Shown: positions 17,661 through 28,105, counted from the first letter of the stretch. The stretch is DNA of 64,000 nucleotides from Acidobacteria bacterium UBA823 (GCA_002296225.1 DBHR01000105.1:2619-66618); one strand, 5' to 3'. Made by a program: numbers and translations. The notes: generated by a model from the letters alone, not told the origin.

Positions 17661-18641
17661 ATGCTGGAACGCGGTCGGAAGCTTGGTAAATACGAAATCC
17701 TCAAACCCCTCGGCAGCGGCGGCTTCAGCACCGTTTACTTAGCGAGTGATACGAATATTAAGAAGAAGTTTGCCCTCAAGGTCCCCCACCGACAGGATCT
17801 GGATTTCGGCGAACAACTTCAAGAATCTAGGCTGCACGCCAAGCTCAAACACGTCAACGTCGTCGAGATCTTCACCGCAGAAAAACAAAAAGGTGTGTTC
17901 TTCATTGTGATGGAATACGTCCAAGGCAAGACCCTCGAACAGCTGATCGCCACGAACGGCGTGGTCGAGCTCGAGCAGGCGCTCAACTACGCGTGCCAGA
18001 TCTGTGAGGCGGTGGACCACGCACACGGGCAAGGCGTGCTGCACCGTGACCTCCGGCCGGGCAACGTGCTCATTTCAGTTCGGGGCCGCGCGAAGGTCGC
18101 CGATTTCGGCACTTCACGGTACCTAGATGTCGCGGCCCACGGTACAACCCTAATCGGCAGCCCGCCCTACATGGCGCCCGAGCAGTTCAACGGCAAAGCG
18201 GTATTCGCGTCGGACGTGTACTCTCTTGGCATAACGATTTACCAGATGCTGACCGGCATGCTGCCCTACGAGGCCCCTACCCTAGCCGACCTCGAGAAAC
18301 TGATGACCGGCACCCTTGTCACAGCACCGCGGCTGAAGAACCGGAACATCCCAACCCGGATCAGCGACATCGTTATGCGCGCCATGGCACCGCACATCGC
18401 CAACCGCTACCAGAGGGTCAGCCACTTGCTCGATGCCCTGCTTGCCGAGCGACAACCTGCATCACGGTCGGCAGGCCGCCGAAAGCGGCCCACGTCTGAC
18501 GCTGACCTGACCACCGAATCAGTCGCGACGCACACGACGCCAACGCTGAACCTCTGTCCCAACTGTAACAAGCCGCTGCCCACACGCGCGCGCAGCATAC
18601 CGAAGCAGTGTCTGTTTTGTGGCGAAAAGATAAAGCGGTAG
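17661..18641 (+). CDS. Soluble Ser/Thr protein kinase (Hanks type) with C-terminal zinc ribbon
   Basis: Full catalytic motif set: LGSGGFSTV, FALKV, HRDLRPGNVLI, VADFGTS, SPPYMAPE. The C-terminus is CPNC-x14-CLFC (nt 18555..18620). No TM segment is seen. The start is trimmed to the ATG at 17661 (MLERGRKLGKYEI). Confidence 0.85.
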   Translation: MLERGRKLGKYEILKPLGSGGFSTVYLASDTNIKKKFALKVPHRQDLDFGEQLQESRLHAKLKHVNVVEIFTAEKQKGVFFIVMEYVQGKTLEQLIATNGVVELEQALNYACQICEAVDHAHGQGVLHRDLRPGNVLISVRGRAKVADFGTSRYLDVAAHGTTLIGSPPYMAPEQFNGKAVFASDVYSLGITIYQMLTGMLPYEAPTLADLEKLMTGTLVTAPRLKNRNIPTRISDIVMRAMAPHIANRYQRVSHLLDALLAERQPASRSAGRRKRPTSDADLTTESVATHTTPTLNLCPNCNKPLPTRARSIPKQCLFCGEKIKR

Positions 18642-18729
18642 TGCTACACTTAGACTGATTTTAGGGCGCATTCTGAGTGTGCCGCGAACATTTGGCGCAC
18701 CCGCCGCTCCCCGCACGAAGGAGTCTCCC

Positions 18730-19707
18730 ATGGGGTTCCCCGGTACCGGCAAAATCTGGATGAATGGGTCATTAGTCGACTGGGCAGACGCGAAGATTCA
18801 CATTGGCTCCCATGTCGTCCACTACGGTAGCGGTGTGTTCGAGGGCGCGCGCTGCTACGACACTGCGCACGGCCCTGCCTGCTTCCGCCTCGACGCCCAC
18901 ATCCGGCGGCTCCTCGACTCGGCCAAGATCTACCGGATGGAGTACTCGCTCTCTCGCGAGCAACTTGAGGACGCCGTCCTCGACACGATCCGGGCCAATC
19001 AATTTCGCGCCTGTTACATTCGGCCGCTGATCTACCGCGGCTACGACACGCTCGGGGTAAACCCGCTACCGTGTCCGGTCGAAGCTGCCATCATGCTGTG
19101 GGAGTGGGGGGCTTACCTGGGTGAAGAGAGCATCACGCGTGGTGTCGACGTCTGTGTCAGCTCGTGGGCTCGGAGCGCACCGAACACCTTCCCGGCGCTA
19201 GCCAAGTCAACCGCGAATTACGCGAACGCGGGGCTCATCAAGATGGAGGCCATGGCCAACGGCTACGACGAGGCCATCGCGCTCGACAGCGACGGCACGG
19301 TGAGCGAAGGCAGCGGCCAGAATGTCTTTCTCGTGCGGGACAAAACGCTGCATACACCCGCGTTCGCGTCGTCGATCCTGCCCGGAATCACGCGCGACTC
19401 GGTCATGACGGTCGCTCGCGATCTCGGCTTCACGATCGTCGAACAGACGATTCCACGCGAACTGCTCTATATCGCAGACGAACTCTTCTTTGTAGGCACC
19501 GCTGTTGAGGTAACCCCGATCCGGTCGGTCGACAAGATCGTAATCGGCCAGGGTTCACGAGGACCGGTCACCGAAGCGATCCAGCGCACTTTCTTTGACA
19601 TCGTGAACGCCCGAGTGCCTGACCAGCACGGATGGCTGCGACCCGTCTACCCGGCGGAGACAGCCAAGAACCGGACGAAACAGACGGCGGCGAAGGCCAC
19701 CGGCTAA
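18730..19707 (+). CDS. ilvE: Branched-chain amino acid aminotransferase
   Basis: Reads MGFPGTGKIWMNGSLVDWADAKIHIGSHVVHYGSGVFEG.R.Y, with PLP fold-type IV features and TANYANAGLIKMEA. A GAAGGAG Shine-Dalgarno sequence lies 8 nt upstream of the ATG at 18730. Confidence 0.92.
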   Translation: MGFPGTGKIWMNGSLVDWADAKIHIGSHVVHYGSGVFEGARCYDTAHGPACFRLDAHIRRLLDSAKIYRMEYSLSREQLEDAVLDTIRANQFRACYIRPLIYRGYDTLGVNPLPCPVEAAIMLWEWGAYLGEESITRGVDVCVSSWARSAPNTFPALAKSTANYANAGLIKMEAMANGYDEAIALDSDGTVSEGSGQNVFLVRDKTLHTPAFASSILPGITRDSVMTVARDLGFTIVEQTIPRELLYIADELFFVGTAVEVTPIRSVDKIVIGQGSRGPVTEAIQRTFFDIVNARVPDQHGWLRPVYPAETAKNRTKQTAAKATG

Positions 19708-19883
19708 GGACCCGAACCTTCCCATCGGTCAACTGCGGTGGACAACAAATGCGGACGGGCTCAAACTCAAGCTCCATTGCATCACAACAGCGGGAGACAT
19801 GACGTCGAATAACATGGCACAATCGGCCATCACCGATAACCTCTTAGAAATCCCCTACTTCTGACCTGTCCGGTAAGCTTCGC

Positions 19884-20360
19884 GTGTCTTCCCGCCCTTC
19901 TACGGACCCGTACACCCTCGGCCTGAACCTGCTTGCCCGCAGAGAGCTATCAGAGATGCAGCTCCGCGAGCGCCTCCGCAAGCGCAAGTTCGCCGCGCCG
20001 GCAATCGACGCTGCGCTGGAGCGCCTGCGCGGAGAAGGTGCGATCGACAACCGGCGTATGGCCTTCGCATACGCCCGAACCGCCGTCCGGCTTACAACGC
20101 GGGGCCGCAGGCGCGTCGCCCAGGAAATCGTTGCGCGAGGAATCGACGACAAGATGGCGCGCGAAGCCGTTGACGCAGCGTTCGCCGATGTGGATGAAAC
20201 CGTAGTTCTGGCGCGCGCGCTGGCGAAGCGACTCGACGGCCCGGTACGTAACGCTGCCCATTTGCGCCGACTGCACCGGTTTCTTCAACGGCAGGGCTTC
20301 CCCACTTCGCTCATCGTCCACGCGCTGGCCGAACATGCGCCAGATGACGCTGAAGAGTAA
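19884..20360 (+). CDS. recX: Recombination regulator RecX
   Basis: 158 aa with a GTG start. The repeated helical pattern LLARRELSEMQLRERLRKRKF....IDAALERLRGEGAIDNRRMAFAY and the position directly upstream of alaS are typical of recX. Confidence 0.8.
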   Translation: MSSRPSTDPYTLGLNLLARRELSEMQLRERLRKRKFAAPAIDAALERLRGEGAIDNRRMAFAYARTAVRLTTRGRRRVAQEIVARGIDDKMAREAVDAAFADVDETVVLARALAKRLDGPVRNAAHLRRLHRFLQRQGFPTSLIVHALAEHAPDDAEE

Positions 20361-20416
20361 CCTGCGGCGATCGCGGCCCACGACGGAACCCCGGTAGATC
20401 ACTGTAGAATGACGCC

Positions 20417-23101
20417 ATGACCGCGCGCGAGACTCGACGCAGTTTCCTGGACTTCTTCGCCCGACACGAACACCGAGTCGTCGAGAGCACGTCGCTGGTC
20501 CCCGGGGACGACCCCACCCTACTCTTCACCAACGCGGGCATGAACCAGTTCAAGGCTGTCTTCCAGGGTCTAGAGCAGCGTGACTACACACGCGCGGTGT
20601 CGTCGCAGAAGTGCATGCGGGTCAGTGGAAAGCGAAACGACCTCAGTGCTGTAGGCCGGTCGCGGCGTCACAACACGTTCTTCGAGATGCTCGGGAACTT
20701 CTCGTTTGGCGACTACTTCAAGACGGAAGCAATTGCGATGAGCTGGTCCCTTCTGATTAAGGAGTGGAAGCTCCCCGCCGAGCGACTGCACGCGACGATT
20801 TTCTGCGGTGATGAAACCACACCACGAGATGACGAAGCTTACAACGCATGGCGAAAGTTCTTGCCGGAGGCACGGATCGGTGCCTCGGGTGCCGCCGACA
20901 ATTTCTGGGCGATGGGCGACACGGGTCCATGCGGCCGGTGCTCGGAGATTTACTACTTCGTAAGCGATGACTTACCTTGCCCCGAACCCACTTGCCGCGG
21001 TACCGATTGCGACTGCGAGAGGTACATAGAACTCTGGAACAACGTGTTCATGGAATTCGACCGACAGGATGACGGCACGTTGAAGCCTCTTCCCAAGCCG
21101 TCGATTGACACGGGCATGAGTCTTGAGCGCGCGACTGCCGTCCTGCAAGACGTGGACTCCATCTATAAAACCGACCTGTTTCAGCCACTCCTGCAGGAAA
21201 TCGCCGAGTTGGTCGGTGCACCGCACGGTGAACGGTCAGAGGCTGATGTGTCGATGCGTATTGTCGCCGATCACCTGCGTGCGATGACGTTCCTGATCGG
21301 CGACTCGGTCACGCCATCGAACGAGTGGCGCGGCTACGTACTACGCAAGATCATGCGCCGGGCCATGCGGCACGGCAAGAAACTTGGCCTCACTGATCCG
21401 TTTCTCCATCGCCTCGTCGATATCGTTGTGCGGGACATGGGTGAGGCGTATCCTGCCCTCTCCCGCAACCGTGACAAGATCGTTGACGTGGTGCAGCACG
21501 AAGAAAACAGGTTCGACGCGGTGCTGAACGCCGGGCTGGTGAAACTCGAGGAGGTGCTGGACCGTGCCAGCACCGGCGACCGGACTGTGGCCGGCGAGGA
21601 CATCTTCCGGCTGTACGATTCGCTCGGATTGCCAGCTGATTTCATCAAGGACCTAGCCGGCGACCGCCAACTTGCAATCGACTGGGACGGGTTCGAGCGC
21701 CTTTTGGCGGAACAGCGCAACCGAGCCCGTGCCAGTAGCAGGTTCAACACCAAGCGGAGTGACACAAGCGCCTTCTGGAAGGCCGAGGAACTCACCGAAG
21801 GTCTCCGGGATGTTCGGGACTGCTTCGAGGGGTACGAGGCAACACGGGTCGACGGAGCAGTGATTCTGAGACTGTGGAATGACGTGCCAGCGCCGTGCGA
21901 GCAACTCGCCACGGGTGACACGGGATATTTGGCGCTCGACCGCAGTCCGTTCTATGTCGAGTCAGGCGGCCAAGTATCGGACACCGGCCACATCGTGTCT
22001 GAAGACGGAGAGACAGAGGCCGTCGTCGAGGACACGTCCGGCTGGGGCGTCTACCCGCGGGTGCACAAGGTCCACGTCCTTGCCGGCACCCTAAGCCGTG
22101 GCAGTTTAGTGTCGGCAGTCGTTGACGAACCACGCCGCGCCGCCATCCGCCGGAGTCATACGGCGACGCATCTTCTCCACGCCGCGCTCCGGCAGGTTCT
22201 TGGTCAGCATGTGACTCAGGCCGGCTCACTCGTTTCGCCAGACCGGCTCCGGTTCGACTTCGCCCATCCGATGCCACTCAACCAGTCGGACATCGACGAG
22301 ATCGAGCGCGTCGTCAATGAACAGGTCATAGCCGCTACCCAGCTCGAAACGGTCGAACAATCTCCAGACGAGGCGATCGCCACCGGCGCGATCGCCCTGT
22401 TCGGTGAAAAATACGGCGACCGCGTGCGCGTGGTCTCGATTCCGGAGTTCAGCAAGGAACTCTGCGGAGGTACTCACTGTCGCTCGACAGGCGAAATTGG
22501 CTCATTTTCGATCGAGCGGGAAAGCGGTACGGCTGCTGGTATCAGACGTCTGGAGGCGCTCACAGGAGTGCCTGCTGTCCAAAGGCATCAGGCACGACGA
22601 GTCTTGATCAATGAAATGCTTGAGGCGCTCGCCTCGCCGGAAGATCGCGCACTCAACACCCTCAAACAGCAACAAGCTCAGACCAAGAAACTAGCACGCG
22701 ATGTGAACGCTCTGAAGCTGAAGTTGGAACTGGAGTCGCAAACAGAGGCACGTATCGACGTCGACGGCATCACGCTCGTTACCCGCCGCGCTGACGGTTT
22801 AGACAAGCGCTCACTCCGCGCGATCGCCGACCAATTGAGGAGCGACATCGACACGGGACTCGTCGTGCTTGCATCCGCCACCGATGCCGGACGCGTGGCG
22901 ATTATCGTGAGCGTCACGACCGACCTGAAAGCCCGCATGCCCGCTGGACAGGTCGTCAAAGCTCTAGCCCAACTTGTAGGCGGCGGCGGGGGCGGCCGAC
23001 CGGACTTCGCTGAAGCCGGCGGCAAGGACCCGCAGCACATTGACGCCATGCTCGCCGCGAGTGAAGCCATCGTGCGCGGCCTCCTGAGCAGTGCAGACTG
23101 A
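20417..23101 (+). CDS. alaS: Alanine--tRNA ligase
   Basis: 894 aa. N-terminus RRSFLDFFARHEHRVVESTSLVPGDDPTLLFTNAGMNQFK, editing-domain HTATHLLHAALR, CGGTHC, and a C-terminal DHHA1-like GGGGGRPDFAEAGG. Confidence 0.97.
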   Translation: MTARETRRSFLDFFARHEHRVVESTSLVPGDDPTLLFTNAGMNQFKAVFQGLEQRDYTRAVSSQKCMRVSGKRNDLSAVGRSRRHNTFFEMLGNFSFGDYFKTEAIAMSWSLLIKEWKLPAERLHATIFCGDETTPRDDEAYNAWRKFLPEARIGASGAADNFWAMGDTGPCGRCSEIYYFVSDDLPCPEPTCRGTDCDCERYIELWNNVFMEFDRQDDGTLKPLPKPSIDTGMSLERATAVLQDVDSIYKTDLFQPLLQEIAELVGAPHGERSEADVSMRIVADHLRAMTFLIGDSVTPSNEWRGYVLRKIMRRAMRHGKKLGLTDPFLHRLVDIVVRDMGEAYPALSRNRDKIVDVVQHEENRFDAVLNAGLVKLEEVLDRASTGDRTVAGEDIFRLYDSLGLPADFIKDLAGDRQLAIDWDGFERLLAEQRNRARASSRFNTKRSDTSAFWKAEELTEGLRDVRDCFEGYEATRVDGAVILRLWNDVPAPCEQLATGDTGYLALDRSPFYVESGGQVSDTGHIVSEDGETEAVVEDTSGWGVYPRVHKVHVLAGTLSRGSLVSAVVDEPRRAAIRRSHTATHLLHAALRQVLGQHVTQAGSLVSPDRLRFDFAHPMPLNQSDIDEIERVVNEQVIAATQLETVEQSPDEAIATGAIALFGEKYGDRVRVVSIPEFSKELCGGTHCRSTGEIGSFSIERESGTAAGIRRLEALTGVPAVQRHQARRVLINEMLEALASPEDRALNTLKQQQAQTKKLARDVNALKLKLELESQTEARIDVDGITLVTRRADGLDKRSLRAIADQLRSDIDTGLVVLASATDAGRVAIIVSVTTDLKARMPAGQVVKALAQLVGGGGGGRPDFAEAGGKDPQHIDAMLAASEAIVRGLLSSAD

Positions 23102-23142
23102 CGGGGCAACCAGCAGGTCGCCGATCAATTGCACCTCAAACC

Positions 23143-23562
23143 ATGACCGACGCCGCTGGGTCAACGCTTGAGCGCCTGAGGCTCGACGTCTGGCTCGACG
23201 TTGCCTGCCTCTTTAAGACCCGATCTGAATCGCAGAAGGCCTGCAAGGGAGGCAAGATTGACGTGAACGGCCAGCGCGCGAAACCGCATCGCGAAGTTAC
23301 TCCAGGAGATCGCATCTCCATCACGCGTAGCTTCGGCGGACGCCAAGTGGTCGTTGTCAAGGACCTAGTCGAGCAACACGTCCCTAAGGCTGTGGCGAAA
23401 GCACTCTACGAGGACGTCACGCCACCGCCGTCTCAGGCAGAAGCGGAACTTCGGGAACTGGTGCGGCTGGCTAGCCGCGCCCATCGGCCGGGCTGGGCCA
23501 CTACCGCACCGGGTAAACGGGAACGCCGTGCCCTCCGCCGACTGAAGGAACGGGATAGCTAA
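23143..23562 (+). CDS. S4-domain RNA-binding protein (Hsp15-like)
   Basis: RLDVWLDVACLFKTRSESQKACKGGKIDVNGQRAKPHREVTPGDRISI matches the S4/Hsp15 alpha-L motif. The C-terminal tail is basic. Confidence 0.75.
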   Translation: MTDAAGSTLERLRLDVWLDVACLFKTRSESQKACKGGKIDVNGQRAKPHREVTPGDRISITRSFGGRQVVVVKDLVEQHVPKAVAKALYEDVTPPPSQAEAELRELVRLASRAHRPGWATTAPGKRERRALRRLKERDS

Positions 23563-23600
23563 AGTCGCCGGTGCCGGGCGGGCTACGTGACGGTTCCGCG

Positions 23601-23609
23601 TGTTATAAT
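23601..23609 (+). promoter_or_regulatory. Extended -10 promoter element TGTTATAAT upstream of rpsT
   Basis: Exact TGnTATAAT lies 56 nt upstream of the rpsT GTG. An AAGGA-type Shine-Dalgarno (caaggacaaggac) sits in the leader. Confidence 0.5.
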
Positions 23610-23664
23610 CCGGGATTGGCGGCGTGCTGAAACGCTGGCCTCTTCAAGGACAAGGACTGAACTC

Positions 23665-23937
23665 GTGGCAAACCACAAATCGGCGATCAAAGCGCACCGG
23701 CAGAACGCCAAGCGGCGCGAGAAGAACCGCCAGGAGCGAACGCGGCTGCGCACTGCCCTGAAGTCCATCCGGGCCACACTGGCTTCAGGGAACGCCAGCG
23801 GCGCCAGGCTCGAGCTTCAGAAAACGGTCTCGGTGATCGACAAGATGGCCGGGAAGGGCATTATTCACAACAACACCGCCGGCCGTTACAAGTCGCGTCT
23901 GGCGAAGCAGCTCGCCAAGCTTTCAGCTCCGGCGTAG
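23665..23937 (+). CDS. rpsT: 30S ribosomal protein S20
   Basis: The GTG at 23665 gives (M)ANHKSAIKAHRQNAKRREKNRQERTRLRTALKSIR, the canonical S20 N-terminus (90 aa). The track ORF starts 26 codons earlier. Confidence 0.9.
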   Translation: MANHKSAIKAHRQNAKRREKNRQERTRLRTALKSIRATLASGNASGARLELQKTVSVIDKMAGKGIIHNNTAGRYKSRLAKQLAKLSAPA

Positions 23938-24858
23938 CCTGCCGCGCGTTTCGCACAGCTCGACGACGAGCCGTTCGAGAAGTAGGCGCGGATCTCCCCC
24001 AGACGTCTTCAGGGCCAGATCGGTCCGATACACTGCCTCCACCGCCGCCGGGATCCTGGCGGCAGGCAGTTTCGTGCGAATCACCCACCCGAGCTGGCCG
24101 AGAATTAGGGGCGGCACCGCCCCGGCGTCGAACGTCAGACCGAGTTCCCGCAACGCAACATCGGCCTTACCTCTTACAATCGCCCCCGTCACGGCCCAAT
24201 CATCCTGCAAGACGGCTGGACCGACGACGGCCTTGACGTCGGCTAGGCCGATCGTAGGCCGGTCGAGAGCATAGAGCACCACACGCTCAAAGTCGGCCCG
24301 TAGCCTCGCCAAGTCCGCACCCGCGCGGTCGACGAGCAGCCCTATCGCCGCAGGGTCCATGGAGAATTGCCGTCGCTTCAGCTGCGCACGCACCCAACGC
24401 TGCGCGTCACCTGCGTTGCCGATCCCCCCAAAGTCCACGACGGTGGCGTACTTGAGCAGTTGCTTGACGACACGTCGCCGCTTATCGAGATCGCCCGCTT
24501 CAACGATGACCGTCGCGTGGGGTTCAGGAGACTGGATGAACTGCTCGAACGCTTCGAGATCGTGCTCGGCCGCTTTCCTCTGCAGCACGTACTCGGCCTG
24601 CGACAGGATGACGATGCGGCGCGGCGCGAGCATCGGTAACATACGGGCGGCCGCCAGCACCGTCGCTATGGTCGTGGTCTTATCACCGCCGTAAAGCCGC
24701 TCGACGTTAAACGGCCGAAGGTCCTCCTCGACGACGTGGATGAACTCACGGGCTAAACGGGCTCTCTCGCCTTCGTCGTCGCCGAGAATCAGGTAGAGCG
24801 GACCTGTCTCGCCCGAGGCAATCTGCTTGCGAACAGCGGCCGGACTGGAAGCCGTCAT
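23923..24858 (-). CDS. holA: DNA polymerase III delta subunit
   Basis: 311 aa with GPLYLILGDDEGERARLAREF. It occupies the conserved leuS-lptE-holA position. The 3' end overlaps the rpsT 3' end by 15 nt (convergent). Confidence 0.85.
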   Translation of the reverse strand: MTASSPAAVRKQIASGETGPLYLILGDDEGERARLAREFIHVVEEDLRPFNVERLYGGDKTTTIATVLAAARMLPMLAPRRIVILSQAEYVLQRKAAEHDLEAFEQFIQSPEPHATVIVEAGDLDKRRRVVKQLLKYATVVDFGGIGNAGDAQRWVRAQLKRRQFSMDPAAIGLLVDRAGADLARLRADFERVVLYALDRPTIGLADVKAVVGPAVLQDDWAVTGAIVRGKADVALRELGLTFDAGAVPPLILGQLGWVIRTKLPAARIPAAVEAVYRTDLALKTSGGDPRLLLERLVVELCETRGRLRRS

Positions 24859-24876
24859 AGGATGAAGTGAAACCCA

Positions 24877-25452
24877 CTAGAACGCTTCAAGGATCGAGCT
24901 AATGACCGTCGAAGCAAAATCGCTGGCCATGCGCTCGAGTGCGTTCGTGTCCTGGCCGAAGAACGCACTGGCATCGAGTGCGCCACCGCTCGTGGCCACG
25001 TCGTACTCCTCGGTGAAGACGAGCGAGGAATTTTCCCAAATCACTTCCTCCGTCCGTAGATCGCGCAGCACGATACTAGCGCGGAGTGTGAAGGTGTATC
25101 GCGAGGCTTGCTGCTGGTCCGTGAAGCTCGACGGCTGCAGGTCAATCAAGACAATGCGGCCGATAAGGGTAGCATCAACGTCGGTCTCATCAGGGACGAT
25201 CTGATAGCTGCCTCGCCCGATGAATTCCGTCCGGACTGATTCAGTCAACAACTGCTCGACTTCGAAAAAGGCAGTATCGTTCTCGAAGAGTGGGATGCCA
25301 ATCGTTTCGACATAATCCGGTAGAAACGACCCACGACCCGCGAGGGCATAGCCGCACCCGGCAGTCAGTGCACCTACGAGCAGTGCCAAGACCCACCAGT
25401 TCTGCCTATGCGGACGGTACGCGCGGTTCGGCATCTTCGACTCCATTCTCAC
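24877..25452 (-). CDS. lptE: LPS-assembly lipoprotein LptE
   Basis: Lipobox LTAGCGY, then [27 protein letters not shown]. It sits between leuS and holA as in other diderms and overlaps the leuS stop by 4 nt. Confidence 0.75.
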   Translation of the reverse strand: MRMESKMPNRAYRPHRQNWWVLALLVGALTAGCGYALAGRGSFLPDYVETIGIPLFENDTAFFEVEQLLTESVRTEFIGRGSYQIVPDETDVDATLIGRIVLIDLQPSSFTDQQQASRYTFTLRASIVLRDLRTEEVIWENSSLVFTEEYDVATSGGALDASAFFGQDTNALERMASDFASTVISSILEAF

Positions 25453-27983
25453 TTCACGACGATGTTCACGAGCCGGCCGCGTGCGACGATCACCTTCGCA
25501 ACAGTCTTACCAGTGATGAAGGGGTGCACCTGTGGGTCGGCTAAAGCATCGGCCTCGAGAGCCGCGTCGCTCCGGCCCGCATCGACCGTCAGCCGAGCCC
25601 GCACTTTCCCGTTGACCTGCACTGGAACGACCAGAGTGTCAGCTTTGGCGATTGCCGGATCGAATGTCGGCCAGTCCGCTGCCTCAACGCCATCGTGGTG
25701 CCCCAAACGCTCCCACAGCTCCTCAGCAAGATGCGGGGTGAACGGCGACAACAACAGGACGAGCGCTTCAATCGCCTCATTGAGCACAGCCGCCGTTTCT
25801 GGCCGAATCTCCACAGTCTCTGCCTGCCATGTCCTCGGACCGCACCCAGCCTTGTCGCAAAATACGTACAGGTCGTTGACGAGTTCCATGAGTGCTGATA
25901 CCGCCGTATTAAGATGGACGCGCGGATCGAGATCACTCGATACCCGTTGGATCGTCTCGTGGGTCTTGCGGCGCATCGCACGGTCAACGTCGTCCAGGTC
26001 ATCGACTGGTGGGCCAGCGCCACGCACCCGCGCGGCCAGCGGCTCCACCAGTCGCCACACCCGGTTGAGGAAACGGAAACTTCCCTCAAGCCCGCTGTCA
26101 GTCCACTCGATTTCCTTCTCTGGCGGAGCCACGAACATTTCGTAGAGTCGTAATGTATCGGCGCCATAAGTCGCAACCATGTCGTCGGGGTCCACGACGT
26201 TACCCTTCGACTTCGACATTACCGCGCCATCCTTGAGCACCATCCCCTGGGTGAGGAGCCGTGTAAATGGCTCGTCGTGCTCGACGAGGCCAAGATCCCG
26301 CAGCACCTTGCAGAAGAATCTGGAGTAGATCAAATGCAGAATGGCGTGTTCGACGCCGCCGCTGTAGAAATCGACTGGCGCCCAGTAGCGTGCAGCGGCC
26401 GGGTCGAACGGCAGCGCATCGTTACGCGGATCGCAGTAACGATAGTAGTACCACGACGAGTCGACGAACGTGTCCATCGTGTCCGTCTCACGTCTGGCTG
26501 CGGCACCGCAGGTCGGACACATTGTATTGACGAACTCGGGTATTTGCGCGAGCGGCGAGTCCCCGCGGCCGCTGAACGTCGTGACGTCCGGCAATTCGAC
26601 GGGCAGTTCCTCATATGGAACCGGCACCAATCCACAGGTCTCACAGTGAACGATCGGGATGGGCGTGCCCCAGTAGCGTTGTCGCGAGATCCCCCAGTCC
26701 TTTAGGCGATACTGGACCGTGCTTTCTCCGATTTTCCGCTCAGCAGCCGCTTGCGTCATCACGGTCCTGGCATCGGCGCACGGCAGGCCGGAAAACTCTC
26801 CAGACGCGACCAGCCGACCAGAACCCACATAGGCTTCCTGGAGAGTGTCGGCTGCAAGCGGGGCCGAGCCGTCGTCGGGCTGGATGACGATACGGATTGG
26901 TAAGTCGTATTTTTTCGCAAACTCAAAGTCGCGTTGGTCATGCGCCGGAACGCCCATGACGGCTCCAGTGCCGTACTCACCAAGCACGAAGTTCGCCACC
27001 CAGACCTGGACGTCCTCACCAGTAAAGGGGTTGGTGGCCCGCCGACCAGTATCGAACCCCTCCTTCTCAATCTCCCCGGTGAGCCGTGCTGTCCGGTCTT
27101 GGGCCCGGAAACGCCGCACGCGCTTCCGGAACGCCTCAGACTCGTTCATGGACGCCGCAATCTTGTCCACGAGCGCGTGCTCGGGTGCCAACAAGACGAA
27201 CGTCCCCCCATAGATCGTGTCGAGCCGTGTTGTGAACACCTCGATCGGCAAAGCCGGCTCGCCCGTAAGTGAAAACGTAACGCGGGCGCCCTCCGAGCGG
27301 CCGATCCAATTGCGCTGCATCGTCAGCACCTTATCTGGCCATTCGGTTAGGCGGTCGATACCGTCGAGTAATTGGTCGGCATACGAGGTGATGCGTAGGA
27401 ACCACTGCTCCAGCGCGCGTAGGTCTACCTCCGACGAGCAGCGCCAACAACGCCCATCGACGACCTGTTCGTTGGCTAGAACAGTCTGACAACTGAGGCA
27501 CCAATTGACGCTCGAACGCCGGCGATAGGCTAGGTCGCGCTCAAACATCTTCAAGAAGATCCACTGGTTCCAGCGGTAGTACTCGGGCAGGCAGGTCGTG
27601 ATCTCCCGCTCCCACGCATAGCTAATCCCCAACCGCTGCAACTGCCCCTTCATATGGGCGATGTTGTCGAGTGTCCACGCCTTGGGGTGCACCTCGTTCT
27701 GAATGGCAGCATTCTCGGCCGGCAAACCAAACGCGTCCCAGCCGAACGGATGGATAACCTGATAGCCCAGCATCCGTTTCATTCTTGCCACGACATCGCC
27801 GATCATGTAGTTGCGGACGTGGCCGACGTGCGCGTGACCCGACGGATACGCAAACATGACCAGACAATAGAACTTCGGCTTCGAGGGGTCTTCCACCACT
27901 TCGAAGGCACGGCGCTCAGTCCAGCGCTGCTGCCACTTCTTCTCGATCGTCTGCGGGGAATAGTCAGACACGGCTGAGACCAT
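25449..27983 (-). CDS. leuS: Leucine--tRNA ligase
   Basis: 844 aa with the HIGH region [16 protein letters not shown], the CP1 editing domain and the KMSKS region [10 protein letters not shown]. Confidence 0.97.
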   Translation of the reverse strand: MVSAVSDYSPQTIEKKWQQRWTERRAFEVVEDPSKPKFYCLVMFAYPSGHAHVGHVRNYMIGDVVARMKRMLGYQVIHPFGWDAFGLPAENAAIQNEVHPKAWTLDNIAHMKGQLQRLGISYAWEREITTCLPEYYRWNQWIFLKMFERDLAYRRRSSVNWCLSCQTVLANEQVVDGRCWRCSSEVDLRALEQWFLRITSYADQLLDGIDRLTEWPDKVLTMQRNWIGRSEGARVTFSLTGEPALPIEVFTTRLDTIYGGTFVLLAPEHALVDKIAASMNESEAFRKRVRRFRAQDRTARLTGEIEKEGFDTGRRATNPFTGEDVQVWVANFVLGEYGTGAVMGVPAHDQRDFEFAKKYDLPIRIVIQPDDGSAPLAADTLQEAYVGSGRLVASGEFSGLPCADARTVMTQAAAERKIGESTVQYRLKDWGISRQRYWGTPIPIVHCETCGLVPVPYEELPVELPDVTTFSGRGDSPLAQIPEFVNTMCPTCGAAARRETDTMDTFVDSSWYYYRYCDPRNDALPFDPAAARYWAPVDFYSGGVEHAILHLIYSRFFCKVLRDLGLVEHDEPFTRLLTQGMVLKDGAVMSKSKGNVVDPDDMVATYGADTLRLYEMFVAPPEKEIEWTDSGLEGSFRFLNRVWRLVEPLAARVRGAGPPVDDLDDVDRAMRRKTHETIQRVSSDLDPRVHLNTAVSALMELVNDLYVFCDKAGCGPRTWQAETVEIRPETAAVLNEAIEALVLLLSPFTPHLAEELWERLGHHDGVEAADWPTFDPAIAKADTLVVPVQVNGKVRARLTVDAGRSDAALEADALADPQVHPFITGKTVAKVIVARGRLVNIVVK

Positions 27984-28099
27984 ACGACCGCGCCGGTGAA
28001 CCGCGTCGCCGGCGACACCTCAACAGGCGTGTTGCGTAACCGATTAGTCGATACCGTTCGCGTCAGATGACCGACGCGCCACGGCGACGACGAGCCGTC

Positions 28100-28105
28100 A
28101 TTATA
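28100..28105 (-). promoter_or_regulatory. Consensus TATAAT -10 box upstream of leuS
   Basis: The minus strand reads ctgctacgcTATAATgacgg, about 115 nt upstream of the leuS ATG (27983), in the 149-bp gap after the HDAC-family gene. Confidence 0.4.

Noticed and set aside
23923-23937. A 15-nt convergent overlap of the rpsT and holA 3' ends.
   Set aside because: Short convergent overlaps are common in compact genomes. No associated structure or extra ORF was seen.
28005-28016. A perfect 12-bp palindrome GTCGCCGGCGAC in the predicted leuS leader, 22-33 nt upstream of the ATG.
   Set aside because: It is GC-only, and palindromes of this length are expected by chance in GC-rich DNA. It cannot form a stable hairpin with a viable loop, and no second copy or flanking structure was seen.
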